In this document: positions 1 through 13,765 of the stretch, one piece after another
How the letters are laid out: each line of letters opens with the position of its first letter
How positions within the stretch are numbered: position 1 is the stretch's first letter
Notes under the pieces: model-generated
Told to the model about the DNA's origin: nothing
The model's input: the letters and a program-made list of their open reading frames with translations, nothing else
Databases searched by the model: none
From: an uncultured Chloroflexia bacterium
GTDB lineage: Bacteria; Chloroflexota; Limnocylindria; Limnocylindrales; CSP1-4
DNA: 64,000 nucleotides
Direction: 5' to 3'
NCBI GenBank assembly: GCA_963768655.1
Contig: CAVYIM010000005.1
Span: forward strand, 478,046-542,045
Position numbers and translations under genes: made by a program

Positions 1-470
1 GCCGGGCTGACGGCGCGGCCGTCCCGCCCCCAGGCGACGCCGGCGAGCCGCTGGCCGACCTGACGGTCCGATCGAGCGAGCTCACGGCCATCGACCTCGG
101 GCCGGCGGACGTGGCCGCGGCCATCGACGAGATACCGATCCTCTGCCTGGCCGCCACGCAGGCCCGTGGCACGACCACGATCCGTGGCGCCGGGGAGCTG
201 CGCAACAAGGAATCCGACCGCATCGCGGGCATCGCCGCCGGCCTGACCGCTCTCGGAGCGCGGATCGCCGTCAGCGACGACGACATCGCCATCACCGGCC
301 CCACGCCGCTGGTGGGGGCCGCCACCGAGACCCTCGACGACCACCGGCTGGCGATGACCTTCGCCGTGGCCGGCCTGATCGCCCGAGGCAAGACGACCAT
401 CGACGTGGCCGAGAGCGCCGCCGTCTCGTACCCGAGCTTCTTCCTCGAACTCGAAAGGCTGAGAGCATGA
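1..470 (+). CDS. aroA: EPSP synthase, 3' part (runs off window start)
   Basis: C-terminal EPSPS motifs IDEIP, ELRNKESDRI, DDHRLAM, VSYPSFF; first gene of the shikimate cluster. Confidence 0.95.
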   Translation, partial: RADGAAVPPPGDAGEPLADLTVRSSELTAIDLGPADVAAAIDEIPILCLAATQARGTTTIRGAGELRNKESDRIAGIAAGLTALGARIAVSDDDIAITGPTPLVGAATETLDDHRLAMTFAVAGLIARGKTTIDVAESAAVSYPSFFLELERLRA

Positions 471-1369
471 CCAATCGCGTCGTCCTGATCGGCCACCCGG
501 TCGCCCACTCGTTCTCGGGAGGGATGCAGCAGGCTGCCCTCGATGCCCTCGAAATCGACGCCCGCTACGAGCTGTGGGACCGCCGGCCGCTTGACCTCGT
601 CGACGCCATCGCCGAGCTGCGCGGCGACGACTTCCTGGGAGCGAACATCACGATCCCCCACAAGGAGCATGTCGTCCCCCTCGTGGACAAGCTCTCCGAG
701 GAAGCGGCGGCCATCGGTGCCGTCAACGTGATCGCCCGCGACGGCAAGAAGCTCGTCGGCCACAACACCGACGTGGCCGGGTTCAAGTCGGCCCTCGACA
801 AGATCGTCGGCCGTCAGAAGATGCCGCGCCACGCCGTCGTCCTCGGCGCCGGCGGCGCCGCCCGAGCGGTCGTGTACGCGCTGATCACCGAGGGATTCCA
901 GCGTGTCGTGGTCTTCAATCGTCACCTCCACCGCGCCGAAGGGATGGTCCGGCATTTCGGCCGGAGCGCCTCGCACATGGATCTGCACGCGATGCCCTGG
1001 CACGAGTCGGTTCTCGAGGCGGAGCTGGCCAAGACCAGGCTCCTGGTCAACGCCACTTCCATCGGCCTGGTCCCGACCGAGACGCCGATCCCGGCCGAAC
1101 TCCTGCCGGCCGACCTGCTGGTGATGGATCTGGTCTACAACCCGCCCCAGTCGCAGCTCCTGCGGGACGCCACGGCGGCGGGCTGCACCACGTTGAACGG
1201 CGAACACATGCTGCTCCATCAGGGCGCGTGCTCTTTCGAGCTGTGGACGGGCAAAACCGCCCCGCTCGAGGTCATGCAGGCGGAACTCGATCGCGCCCGC
1301 GAACACGGTCTGCGCCAGATGCCGATCGACATGGGTCCGGCCGGCGAGGCCGGCCCGGCCGCGGGCTAG
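467..1369 (+). CDS. aroE: Shikimate dehydrogenase
   Basis: GHPVAHS, NITIPHK, GAVN, GHNTD, LGAGGAARA, NATSIG, DLVYNP motifs; ATGA overlap with aroA. Confidence 0.95.
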   Translation: MTNRVVLIGHPVAHSFSGGMQQAALDALEIDARYELWDRRPLDLVDAIAELRGDDFLGANITIPHKEHVVPLVDKLSEEAAAIGAVNVIARDGKKLVGHNTDVAGFKSALDKIVGRQKMPRHAVVLGAGGAARAVVYALITEGFQRVVVFNRHLHRAEGMVRHFGRSASHMDLHAMPWHESVLEAELAKTRLLVNATSIGLVPTETPIPAELLPADLLVMDLVYNPPQSQLLRDATAAGCTTLNGEHMLLHQGACSFELWTGKTAPLEVMQAELDRAREHGLRQMPIDMGPAGEAGPAAG

Positions 1370-1387
1370 GAAGGCCGGGCACCGGAG

Positions 1388-2674
1388 ATGGGCAGACTCC
1401 GCTTCCTGACCGCCGGGGAGTCGCACGGCCCTGCCCTCGCCGCGACGTTGGAGGGCATTCCCGCCGGGCTACCCATGACCGCGGACCAGATCGCGCTCGA
1501 CCTGGCCCGGCGCCAGCGCGGCTACGGCCGCGGCGCACGCAGCACCAGCATCGAGCAGGACCGGGCCGAGATCCTGGCCGGCATCCGCCACGGGCTCACG
1601 ATCGGGTCGCCGATCCTCTTGCTCATCCGCAATCGCGACTGGGACAACTGGACCCGGGTGATGGCGGTCGAGCCGTTGACGGACGAGGGGGCCGCCGAGC
1701 TGGCCCGGCTCGCGGAGGCGGGCGACAAGCGCGCCGCTCCGATAACGCGGCTGCGCGCCGGGCACGCGGATCTGGCCGGAGCGACGAAATACGGCTTCGA
1801 AGATGTGCGCAACGTCCTGGAGCGTGCCTCGGCTCGGGAGACGGCGGCCCGGGTCGCGGCGGGAGCGGTGGCGCGGGCCCTGCTCGCCGGCCTCGGCATC
1901 GACGTGTGGTCCCACACCGTCGAGGTGGGCGGAGTGGCGATTGAGCGTGCCTGCGCGACCCGCACGCGCGAGGAAGCGGAGGCGAGCCCGCTGCGCTGCC
2001 TCGACCCCGAGGCGGAGATACGAATGGTGGCGCGCATCGATGAGGCGCGCCAGGCCGGCGACACCGTAGGCGGCATCTTCGAGGTCGTGGCCGATGGCGT
2101 TCCGATGGGTCTGGGCAGCCACGTGCACTGGGACCGGCGCCTGGACGGCGCCCTCGCCGGCGCGGTCACGAGCATCCCGATCGTCAAGGGCGTGGAGTTC
2201 GGCCTTGGCTTCGCGCAGACGCGTCTGTTCGGGTCGGCGGTCCAGGACGTGATCCTGGGTCGCGACGCCGGCGGTGCCTGGCTCCGGCGCACGAACAACG
2301 CCGGCGGTCTCGAAGGCGGCATCTCCAACGGCGGGCCGATCGTCATCCGGGGCGCCGTGAAGCCGATCTCAACTCTGCCGCGGCCGCTCCCGTCGGCGGA
2401 CCTGATCAGCGGCGAGCCCGTGGAGAAGGCCCACTACGAGCGCAGCGACATCAGCGTGGTGCCGGCCACCGGGGTCGTGGCCGAAGCGATGGTCTGCCTG
2501 ACGCTGGCCGATTTCGCGCTCGACAAGTTCGGCGGCAATTCGATGGCGGAGCTGCTGGACAACGCCGCGCGCTACCGGGCCCGGATCGCCGGGGACGGTG
2601 GCCCGATCCGGCGCCCTGGCGCCGCGGCCCCGCGCGACGCCGCCGGCCGCGGGGCCCCGGCCGGGAGCGAGTAG
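1388..2674 (+). CDS. aroC: Chorismate synthase
   Basis: [55 protein letters not shown]. Confidence 0.97.
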   Translation: MGRLRFLTAGESHGPALAATLEGIPAGLPMTADQIALDLARRQRGYGRGARSTSIEQDRAEILAGIRHGLTIGSPILLLIRNRDWDNWTRVMAVEPLTDEGAAELARLAEAGDKRAAPITRLRAGHADLAGATKYGFEDVRNVLERASARETAARVAAGAVARALLAGLGIDVWSHTVEVGGVAIERACATRTREEAEASPLRCLDPEAEIRMVARIDEARQAGDTVGGIFEVVADGVPMGLGSHVHWDRRLDGALAGAVTSIPIVKGVEFGLGFAQTRLFGSAVQDVILGRDAGGAWLRRTNNAGGLEGGISNGGPIVIRGAVKPISTLPRPLPSADLISGEPVEKAHYERSDISVVPATGVVAEAMVCLTLADFALDKFGGNSMAELLDNAARYRARIAGDGGPIRRPGAAAPRDAAGRGAPAGSE

Positions 2675-2677
2675 ACC

Positions 2678-4360
2678 GTGGATCTGGTCCTGGTCGGCCT
2701 GCCCGGCAGCGGCAAGAGCGCCGTGGGCAGGCGGCTCGCCGCGCGGCACGGCGCCACCTTCGTCGACCTCGACGATCTGATCGAGCGCCGCGTCGGCCGG
2801 CCCGTGGCCGCCATCTTCGCCGACGAGGGCGAGGACGCCTTCCGGCGCTACGAACGAGAAGCCATCGTCTCGCTCGGACCGGCCGATCCGGACGCCCGGC
2901 TGCGCCGGGTCATCGCCACGGGCGGCGGCGCGGTCATCGACCCGCGCAACCGCTGGCTGCTGTATCGCGGCCGCTTCCCGGTCTGGCTGCACGCCTCGCC
3001 CGAAGTGCTCGGCCACCGCCTGGGGCGGAGCCCGAACGTCCGCCCTCTCATCTCCGGCCGCGATCCCGCGGTCGCGATTCGAGAGCTTGCGCTCGCCCGA
3101 GAGCGCTTCTACTCGCCGGCCTTGCAGGTCGGCACGACATCCCCGATCAACGCCATCGTCGGCGCCCTGGAGCACCAGATGGCCGGCGGCCCGACCAATT
3201 CCGTGATGCTCCTTCGCGCCGATACCTCGATCGGCCGGGTGGAGATCGGCCATGGCATCGCCGCCTCCGCGATCTCCGGGGCGCTGCGCCGGCAGCATGC
3301 CCGCCGCGCCATCCTGCTCGCCGAACCGCGGACCTGGGAGGTCGCCGCCGCCGGGATCGCCGCCGCGCTGGCCGCGGACGGCTGGCCGGTCGAGCGCGTC
3401 CTTCTGCCGCGCGGTGAGAACGCCAAGCGCCTGCGGGTCGTGGGCCAGGCCTGCCGCGAGCTTGCCCGTCTCCACGTCGATCGGCGCGAGACGCTGGTCG
3501 CCATCGGCGGCGGTGCGCTCACCGACGCGGCCGGGTTCGTCGCCGCCGTGTACCTCCGCGGCGTGCCGATCGTCCAGGTGCCCACGACGCTGGTCGGCCA
3601 GATCGACGCGGCGCTGGGCGGCAAGACGGCCGTGGACCTGCCGGAGGGCAAGAATCTCGTCGGCGCGTTCCACCAGCCCGTGGCCTTCGTGGCCGACGTG
3701 TCGCTCCTGGCAACGCTGCCGCCGAGACAGCTTCGAGCGGCTCTGGGGGAGGCCGTCAAGATGGGCGCCCTTGGCGACGACCGTCTGCTGGAGCTCATCG
3801 AGGAAGACGGCGAAATGATCGCGTGCGGCGAGCGGCGGCCGTTCGAGTCGGGCAGCCTGGCCGAGCTGGTCGAGCGGTGCGTCTGGGCCAAGGTCGAAGT
3901 CGCCAGCGCCGACGAGCGCGAGTCGGGCCCGCGGATGACGCTCAACCTGGGCCACACCATCGGCCACGGTATCGAAGCGGCCGCGGGCTACAGCAGGATC
4001 CTCCACGGCGAGGCGGTTGCCTACGGACTGCGCGGAGCCTTCGCCATCTCCCGAGCCCTCGACATCACGCCGCCCGAGCGCGCTCGGCGTGTCATCGCCC
4101 TGCTGGATCGGCTCGGGCTGGGAGTGGAGCCGCCGCCGGTTTCGCCGGAGTCCGTCGCCGAGCACATGGCCACTGACAAGAAGCACGCTCTCGGCCGCCT
4201 GAGCTGGGTCCTGCCGACCGCAACCGGCGTCGTCATTCGCTCGGACGTGCCCGCCGAGGCGGTCGCGGCGGGACTCGCGGCCGCCCTCCGACTCCCGCGC
4301 AGGGACGCCGCCGTGACCTCGAGCGTGGCCGCGCCCGCGGAGGCTGCGGTTCGATCATGA
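2678..4360 (+). CDS. aroKB: Bifunctional shikimate kinase / 3-dehydroquinate synthase (AroK-AroB fusion)
   Basis: N-terminal GLPGSGKS P-loop, DLD, ATGGG; C-terminal GGGALTD, PTTLVGQIDAALGGKT, KNLVGAFHQP, LNLGHTIGH, HGEAVA. Confidence 0.93.
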   Translation: MDLVLVGLPGSGKSAVGRRLAARHGATFVDLDDLIERRVGRPVAAIFADEGEDAFRRYEREAIVSLGPADPDARLRRVIATGGGAVIDPRNRWLLYRGRFPVWLHASPEVLGHRLGRSPNVRPLISGRDPAVAIRELALARERFYSPALQVGTTSPINAIVGALEHQMAGGPTNSVMLLRADTSIGRVEIGHGIAASAISGALRRQHARRAILLAEPRTWEVAAAGIAAALAADGWPVERVLLPRGENAKRLRVVGQACRELARLHVDRRETLVAIGGGALTDAAGFVAAVYLRGVPIVQVPTTLVGQIDAALGGKTAVDLPEGKNLVGAFHQPVAFVADVSLLATLPPRQLRAALGEAVKMGALGDDRLLELIEEDGEMIACGERRPFESGSLAELVERCVWAKVEVASADERESGPRMTLNLGHTIGHGIEAAAGYSRILHGEAVAYGLRGAFAISRALDITPPERARRVIALLDRLGLGVEPPPVSPESVAEHMATDKKHALGRLSWVLPTATGVVIRSDVPAEAVAAGLAAALRLPRRDAAVTSSVAAPAEAAVRS

Positions 4361-4830
4361 CTCGCGTCCTCGTGCTCAACGGCCCGAACCTGAACCTGCT
4401 CGGCACTCGCGAACCCGAGATCTACGGCCGCACGACGCTGGCCGAGATCGACGAGCAGCTGGTTCGACGGGGCGCCGAACTCGGCCTGACGGTCGAGACC
4501 TTCCAGTCGAACCATGAGGGCGTCCTGATCGACCGCCTCCACCGGCGCGACTTCGACTGGGCGATCGTGAACGCCGGGGGCCTCACCCACACCAGCGTCT
4601 CCCTGCGCGACGCTCTGCTCGGAATCGACCGGCCCTTCGTCGAGGTTCACCTCAGCGACCCGTCCAAGCGAGAGCCGTTCCGGCACGTCAACTTCCTGCA
4701 GGACATCGCCGCGCAGCGGATCGTCGGTCGGGGCGCGGCCGGGTACACCGCCGCGCTCGAGTTCATCGCCCATCGCCTGGGCGGCGCCCGCGATGCAGAC
4801 GACCAGGAGAGAGCGAGGCTCCATGACTGA
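4357..4830 (+). CDS. aroQ: Type II 3-dehydroquinate dehydratase
   Basis: LNGPNLNLLGTREPEIYG, FQSNHEG, NAGGLTHTS, EVHLS. Confidence 0.96.
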   Translation: MTRVLVLNGPNLNLLGTREPEIYGRTTLAEIDEQLVRRGAELGLTVETFQSNHEGVLIDRLHRRDFDWAIVNAGGLTHTSVSLRDALLGIDRPFVEVHLSDPSKREPFRHVNFLQDIAAQRIVGRGAAGYTAALEFIAHRLGGARDADDQERARLHD

Positions 4831-5155
4831 AGGGTCCGGAGGATCGAAGAGTTCCGCCGAACCGGGCGAGCTCGAGGCGCTGCGATCCCAGATCGACGAT
4901 CTGGACGCTCAGATCGTCAGGCTGCTCAACCGTCGAGCGCGGCTCGGCCTGCAGGCGGGGCGGGCGAAGGTCCGCAGCGGCCGCCCCGTCGCCGACTCGG
5001 AGCGCGAGCGCGAGGTGCTCGTCAGGGTCGCCATGGCCAACGACGGCCCGTTGCCGCAGGACGCGATACTGGCGTTGTATCGCCACCTGATCGAGACTAT
5101 CAAGCGGCTCGAGGAGCTGGAAGGCATCGGGCCGAAAGGTGATTCGAATGGCTGA
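4823..5155 (+). CDS. Chorismate mutase (AroQ/CM_2 type)
   Basis: LEALRSQIDDLDAQIVRLLNRR...K...VADSEREREVL signature; ATG at 4823 overlaps the aroQ end. Confidence 0.9.
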   Translation: MTEGSGGSKSSAEPGELEALRSQIDDLDAQIVRLLNRRARLGLQAGRAKVRSGRPVADSEREREVLVRVAMANDGPLPQDAILALYRHLIETIKRLEELEGIGPKGDSNG

Positions 5156-5306
5156 GACCAGGCCTCAGAAGGGCAGGATGCGCAGCTTGACCGTCGCTGC
5201 GCTGCTGGGCGTCTTCGTAGTGGCGGCCGTTCTGGCGGTGATCAGCCGGCTCTTGCCGGGTCGGCTCTCGCGGATCGTGCGTAGGCCGGGCGGCGGCGGC
5301 TCGTAG
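5148..5306 (+). CDS. Small putative single-pass membrane protein (52 aa)
   Basis: Manual translation MAETRPQKGRMRSLTVAALLGVFVVAAVLAVISRLLPGRLSRIVRRPGGGGS; ATG overlaps the chorismate mutase stop; AAAGGTGA SD upstream. Confidence 0.5.
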   Translation: MAETRPQKGRMRSLTVAALLGVFVVAAVLAVISRLLPGRLSRIVRRPGGGGS

Positions 5307-5464
5307 CCGGATCGGGCGTCGCGTTTCGACGATCGCCGGGGCAGCGGTCGCGAACGGGAGACTTGCCCGCTCGACCCCGTGGCGAACGCAGATGGTCAAA
5401 CGTCGCGAAGACTTCTGGGTCACCCCGATACGGAAATGGCCCCTGCCGTCCGACACCTTGGAGG

Positions 5465-7525
5465 ATGCCTGATACCCAGACCTCCGAGCGGACATCCAAT
5501 TCGGTCTGGGGGCGGCTGCGGTCACGTCTACGCCACATGAGCGGGGTGGGCCGCGGGATCGCACCCAAACTGGATCTGTTCGTGCTGGCCGTGACGTTGG
5601 TGATGCTGGCGTCGTGCATCGAGGCCGACTATCAGGCCGGTGCCGCCGTCGCCCTTCTGCTGGCCGTCCTGGTCGTCCTCCGACAGATGCTGACGGTGCG
5701 TCAGGTCGTGGAGATCGACCGGGCGCGTCGTCAGTCCGAGGCTCGCTTCGGCTGGCTGGTCATGAACTCATCCGACCTGATCATGGCCGTCGACTCCCAC
5801 CGCAAGATCGACTACGTGAGCCCTTCGGTAAAGCGCCTGCTCGGGGCCGGCGACGGCAAACTCCTCGGCGCCCGCCTGACCGACCTCGCTCATCCCGAGG
5901 ACGCCCGCGCCATCGAGGGGCTGCTGGACCGGGCCGCGCGCTCGCCAGGCGAACGCGTCAGCGTCGAGTGGCGGATCCGCCAGGGCGATGGGACGTGGCT
6001 GCCGGTCGAGACCGTGGCCACCAGCGGCGCGCTCGACGGCGACGCCCCCGGAGTGGTGCTCAACACTCGCGACCTCCAGGAGCGCAAAGCCCTCGAGCAG
6101 AAGCTGACGTTTCAGGCGTTTCATGATCCGCTGACCCGGCTGGCCAACCGCAGCCTCTTCCGAGAGCGCGTCGAGCATGCGCTGGAGCGGCGCCAGTCCG
6201 GCGATACTTCGGTGCTGTTCATCGACCTGGACAACTTCAAGACGATCAACGACAGCCTGGGACACGCCGCGGGCGATCACGTTCTGGTCGAGACGGCGCA
6301 CCGGTTGCGCTCGACTCTGCGCGCGGAGGACACGGCGGCACGACTCGGAGGCGACGAGTTCGCGGTCCTGCTCGAGGACGCCGACGTGACCGCTTCGGCG
6401 CGTATCGCGGAGCGCATCCGCTCGACGCTCGGAGTGCCGTTTTGGGTCATGGGCCAGGAGGTCTTCATCAGCGCCAGCATCGGCATCGCGACGCGCGAGC
6501 CGGGCGACACGGCTACCGAGCTGCTGCGCAACGCCGACGTGGCGATGTACACCGCCAAGACGAAGGGCAAGGCTCGCTTCGAGATCTTCGAGGCCAGGAT
6601 GCACGACGCGGTCGTGGCCCGCCTTGGCCTGGAGGCCGAGCTTCGCCGCGCCATCGACCGACGCGAGTTCGTGATCCACTACCAGCCCATCGTGAAGCTC
6701 GAGACGGGCGAGGTGATCGGGGCGGAGGCCCTCGTTCGCTGGCAGCATCCGACCCGTGGCATGGTGCCGCCGCTGGAGTTCATTCCGCTGGCCGAGGAGA
6801 CGGGCCTGATCGTGCCGCTCGGAGGCTGGATCCTGAGGCAGGCCTGCCGCCAGCTCGCCGAATGGCAGCGCCTCCGCGGCGGCGGCGAACCCTTCGTCAT
6901 GAACGTCAACCTGTCGTCGCGGCAACTGGTGCGTGACGTCATCGCGGACGAGGTCGCGGCAGCCGTGGATGAGTCGGGCATCCGTGCCAGCTGGCTCGTT
7001 CTGGAGGTGACGGAAACGGTCCTGATGGCGGACCCGGTCGTTGCCGCCACGGCCCTGGGGCACATCCGCGACCTGGGCGTGCGGGTGGCGCTGGACGACT
7101 TCGGCTCCGGCTACTCGTCGCTGAGCCATCTGCGCCGTTTCCCGATCGACATCGTCAAGATCGACAAGTCCTTCGTCGACGACGTCGCCAGCGGCGGCGT
7201 GGAGTCGGCCATCGCCCGAAGCATCATCGACCTCGGTCGGGCGATGCAGATCGACACCGTCGCCGAGGGGATCGAACTCGATGAGCAGGCGGAGATGCTG
7301 CGGTCACTGGGCTGCGAATTCGGCCAGGGCTTTTACTTCGCAAAGCCGCTGGAGCCCGCGGCCTGGGAGGAGCTGCTCCAGACCGATTTCATCGGCGGCG
7401 CCGAAGGCGGCGCCGATGGGAGTGGCGCGGGCGGGAGTGGCGCGGGCCGCCGTGCCGCGAGCAACCGAGGCGCGGGCAACCGGTCCTCCGACACGAAGCG
7501 GCGTCATCGGCGAGCCGCCGCGTAG
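5465..7525 (+). CDS. Membrane-anchored PAS-GGDEF-EAL diguanylate cyclase/phosphodiesterase
   Basis: Two hydrophobic helices, PAS (HPED), HDPLTRLANR, GGDEF, EALVRW, DDFGSGYSSL, VKIDKSF; start uncertain (5465 follows GGAGG; 5537 is an alternative). Confidence 0.93.
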   Translation: MPDTQTSERTSNSVWGRLRSRLRHMSGVGRGIAPKLDLFVLAVTLVMLASCIEADYQAGAAVALLLAVLVVLRQMLTVRQVVEIDRARRQSEARFGWLVMNSSDLIMAVDSHRKIDYVSPSVKRLLGAGDGKLLGARLTDLAHPEDARAIEGLLDRAARSPGERVSVEWRIRQGDGTWLPVETVATSGALDGDAPGVVLNTRDLQERKALEQKLTFQAFHDPLTRLANRSLFRERVEHALERRQSGDTSVLFIDLDNFKTINDSLGHAAGDHVLVETAHRLRSTLRAEDTAARLGGDEFAVLLEDADVTASARIAERIRSTLGVPFWVMGQEVFISASIGIATREPGDTATELLRNADVAMYTAKTKGKARFEIFEARMHDAVVARLGLEAELRRAIDRREFVIHYQPIVKLETGEVIGAEALVRWQHPTRGMVPPLEFIPLAEETGLIVPLGGWILRQACRQLAEWQRLRGGGEPFVMNVNLSSRQLVRDVIADEVAAAVDESGIRASWLVLEVTETVLMADPVVAATALGHIRDLGVRVALDDFGSGYSSLSHLRRFPIDIVKIDKSFVDDVASGGVESAIARSIIDLGRAMQIDTVAEGIELDEQAEMLRSLGCEFGQGFYFAKPLEPAAWEELLQTDFIGGAEGGADGSGAGGSGAGRRAASNRGAGNRSSDTKRRHRRAAA

Positions 7526-7779
7526 CTCGCTCTGCGTCGCGTCCAGTCCGTGGCCCGTTGCTGAGGATTATTCGCCCTCGGGCATGCTGCTGACTGCAAG
7601 AACGGCACGCGCCCGCCACAAGGCTGAGCTAGTCTCCTATTCAGACGTCCGGCCGATAATCCCGACGCCGCAGGGAGAAGCCGCAGGGGTCGCGATTGCC
7701 GGATCGGGACGGGACGTCGGTCGGGGATTCCTCGAGCCACGGCCGAGACTCGCCTGCATTGGGGAAGGAGAACCGTCAC

Positions 7780-9758
7780 GTGGCGACAGCCAGACGCCTG
7801 TACCTGTACGTGGTTTCGGCCGCCGGCCTGATCCTGATGGTGGCGGGGTCGGCCATTCTTCTGGAGGTCCTGATCAACAAGGTTGGCGTCGGTCAGCCGC
7901 CAACGGGCGGGGTACACGTTGACCGCGACATGCTGAGCCTGGCGATAGCCCTCGGCCTGGTCGGATTCGTCGTCTGGCTGGCCCACTGGTCCATCGTCGA
8001 ACGGATGGTCACCGGGCCGTCGGCCGGGGCGGCGGAGTTGGCACCTGGTACGGCCGATGCCGCGGCGGCCGAGCGCCGGTCGATCGTGCGGTCCGTCTTC
8101 CTGGCGCTCGTCGCATGGACCAGCCTTGTGTACGCGGCGACGCTCGGGGCCGGCCTCGCCGGCCGCGCGATCGCGGACGTCCTGGGCGCCCCGCAGGTCT
8201 CGCCGCTTTCGACTACGTCGCTTTCGGTCCCGTCGCTGCTGCCGATCGGCGACGCCTGGTCTTTGTCGATCATCCTCGTGCTTTGCGCCGTCTGGGCGTA
8301 CCACGCCTGGATTCGCAGCCGCGACGTCCGCCAGGGGCCGGCCATCAAGGGCGCTGCCGCATGGGTTTCGAGGTTCTACCTCTACTACGCGGCGTTCACC
8401 GGACTGGTCACAGTCCTTGAAATCTCTCCTCGCTGATCAACACGGCCGCGACCCAGGTGGCGCTTCCCGACCAGTCCGGCGTCACCTCCTACTTCAGCGA
8501 GCCGACGAACACGTTCACGAATGCGGGCTCCTCGGGATGGGAGCGGCCGGCGATCGCCGCTCTTGTGGGCATCGCGATCTACGGTGCGATATGGCTGATC
8601 CACTGGATCTACTCGAACCGCCTTTACTCGGGTTCGAGCGAGCAGTCGGCCCTCGAGCGCTCCTCGAGAGTCCGGCTCGCTTTCCTCATGACCGTGGTGC
8701 TCTACGGCGCGGCGACGATGGTCGGCGGTTTCGGCGCCGGGCTCGGTCAGCTGTTCAGCTCGGTTCTCGGTGTGAGCAACGCCGAGCCGTTGTGGTACCT
8801 GGTGCTCGTTCCGCCCGTTGCGGCGGTGCCAGCCGGGCTGGCCTGGTGGTGGCACCGGCAGCGCGCTTTCGCCGAAGCGACATCGCACCCGGACGGCATC
8901 TCGGCGAGCCGTATCGCCGGCTATCTGGTGGCCCTGGTCGGGTTGACGGCCTTCGCCGCGGCCCTGGAGGATGGCCTGGCCACGATTTTCGGGCAATGGT
9001 GGCCGCCTTCGACGAACGCCCTCTTCGGGAACATCGTCACTCCTGATTCTGTGTGGAAGTCAGCGGTCGCCGCCGACGGCGCACTCGTTCTCGTCGGCGT
9101 GGCCGTCTGGGTCGGGCCCTGGTTGTTCGCCCAGCGCCGGCGCGCGGCCGCTGCGATCGAGCGTGAGGTCGAGCTCGGATCCTCGTCGCGGGCCTACTAC
9201 TTGTACGTCATCGCCGGCGCGGCCGTGCTGGTCCTCGCCGGGAACGCGGCTGTCCTGGCGTACCGAGGCCTCCGCCTGGGCTTCGGGCTGCCCGAAACCA
9301 GCTTCGGCTCGGAGGTCAGCGGTGCGATCGCGGGAGCCCTGGTTGCGGCCTTGATCCTCGCCTACCACGCCCGCGTTCTGCTAACGGATAGGTCGAAGCC
9401 GGCGCCGATGGCGGGAGCGATGCCGGGGGCGGTGCCGTGGCCCGGCGCGCCGGCGGGCGGCCCGATGGGCGGCCCCGCGCCGATGCCGCCCACGCCGATG
9501 GCACCGCCGCCGATGCCGCCCGCGCCGATGGCCCCGCCGCCGATGCCGATGGCGCCGTGGCCCGGCGCGCCGGCGGGCGGCCCGATGGGCGGCCCCGCGC
9601 CGATGCCGCCCACGCCGATGGCACCGCCGCCGATGGCACCGCCGCCGATGCCGGAGACCGAGCCGATCCCCGGTCAGACCCCTGGTCCGGATCAATCCGG
9701 TGCAGGCGGCCCAGCCGGCCCCGCTCCGGCTGACGAAGGACCGGTCTCAAACAGCTAG
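7780..9758 (+). pseudogene. Multi-pass repeat membrane protein (DUF5671-like) with Pro/Met-rich tail, split by a 1-nt frameshift near 8421-8433
   Basis: Repeated RxxYLY modules (RRLYLY, SRFYLY, RAYYLY) in ORFs 7696-8436 and 8457-9758; they join as ...LEIS/SSLINTAATQVALP with one base restored; GAAGGAG SD before GTG 7780. Confidence 0.65.
9434..9650 (+). repeat. ~80-bp direct repeat (period 120) plus CCGATG micro-repeats encoding PWPGAPAGGPMGGPAPMPPTPMAPPPM twice
   Basis: gccgtggcccggcgcgccggcgggcggcccgatgggcggccccgcgccgatgccgcccacgccgatggcaccgccgccgatg at ~9434 and ~9554. Confidence 0.9.
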
Positions 9759-9872
9759 ACCTGGCATCGGCCTTCACAAGTCACGCTGGGCCCGGCGTCA
9801 GCCGGGCACCAGGTCCCAGCGATGGGGCGCAGCGCTCGTTCGGGGGCGGAAGCGGCGGGCGTTGCCTGCCGC

Positions 9873-10744
9873 TCACCGCGCCGTGGCGCCTCGAAGCTCC
9901 CCGACGAGACGGCCCATCGCCGAAACGTTCTGGCCGTCCGGGCCGAGGGCGTCGATCAGGGCCGAGGCGACGATGACCCCATCTGCCCCGGCCGAAACAA
10001 GCATCCGGACGTGGGCGGGACGGCTCACGCCGAAGCCGACAGCGACCGGGACCGGCGACTCCGCCTTCGCGGCAGCGACGAGGCCGCGTACCGACGGCGG
10101 CAGAGACGCGCGAGCGCCGGTCACGCCCACGAGCGAGACGCAGTACAGGAACCCGCCCGAGCGCCGGGCAACGGCGACCCTCCGCTCGGGTGTGGTCGTG
10201 GGCGCGATGAGGTAAACGACGGCCAGGCCCACATCCCGAGCCACGGCCTCGAACCGCTCACCTTCATCGGGGGTCATGTCCGCGACGATGACGCCCGCGG
10301 CGCCGGCCTCCGCCAGACGAGTGGCCACGGCCCGGCCGTCGCCGCCGCCCAGGATCTGGTTGGCGTAGCACATCGGCACGAGCGGCAACTCCGGCCGGGC
10401 CGCGCTGATCTCGCGCAGCAGCGCGACCGAGCCAGCCAGCGTCGCCCCGGCGCGCAGCGCGGCCGAGGTCGCCCGCTGGAGAGTGGCTCCGTCGGCGAGG
10501 GGATCGGAATACGGCAACCCCACCTCGAGCAGGTCTGCGCCCGCATCGGCGGCCGCGAGAGCCGTGGCGAGCGACGTCCCGTGGTCGGGATAGCCGGCCA
10601 CGACATACGGAATCATGGCCGCGCGGCCGGCGGAGGCGGCCCGGCCGAACGCGGCCGCGATCCGGCGCGCACCGGGCGTGGAGTTGGTGCCGAGGAACTG
10701 GGCCGGCGGCGGAGTGCCGGCAACGGATGCGGTCGGCGCCGCGC

Positions 10745-10748
<4 letters not shown>
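9873..10748 (-). CDS. trpA: Tryptophan synthase alpha chain
   Basis: IPYVVAGYP, LEVGLPYSDPLADG, YCVSLVGVTG, VGFGV, ADGVIVAS. Confidence 0.97.
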
Positions 10749-13761
<3,013 letters not shown>

Positions 13762-13765
<4 letters not shown>

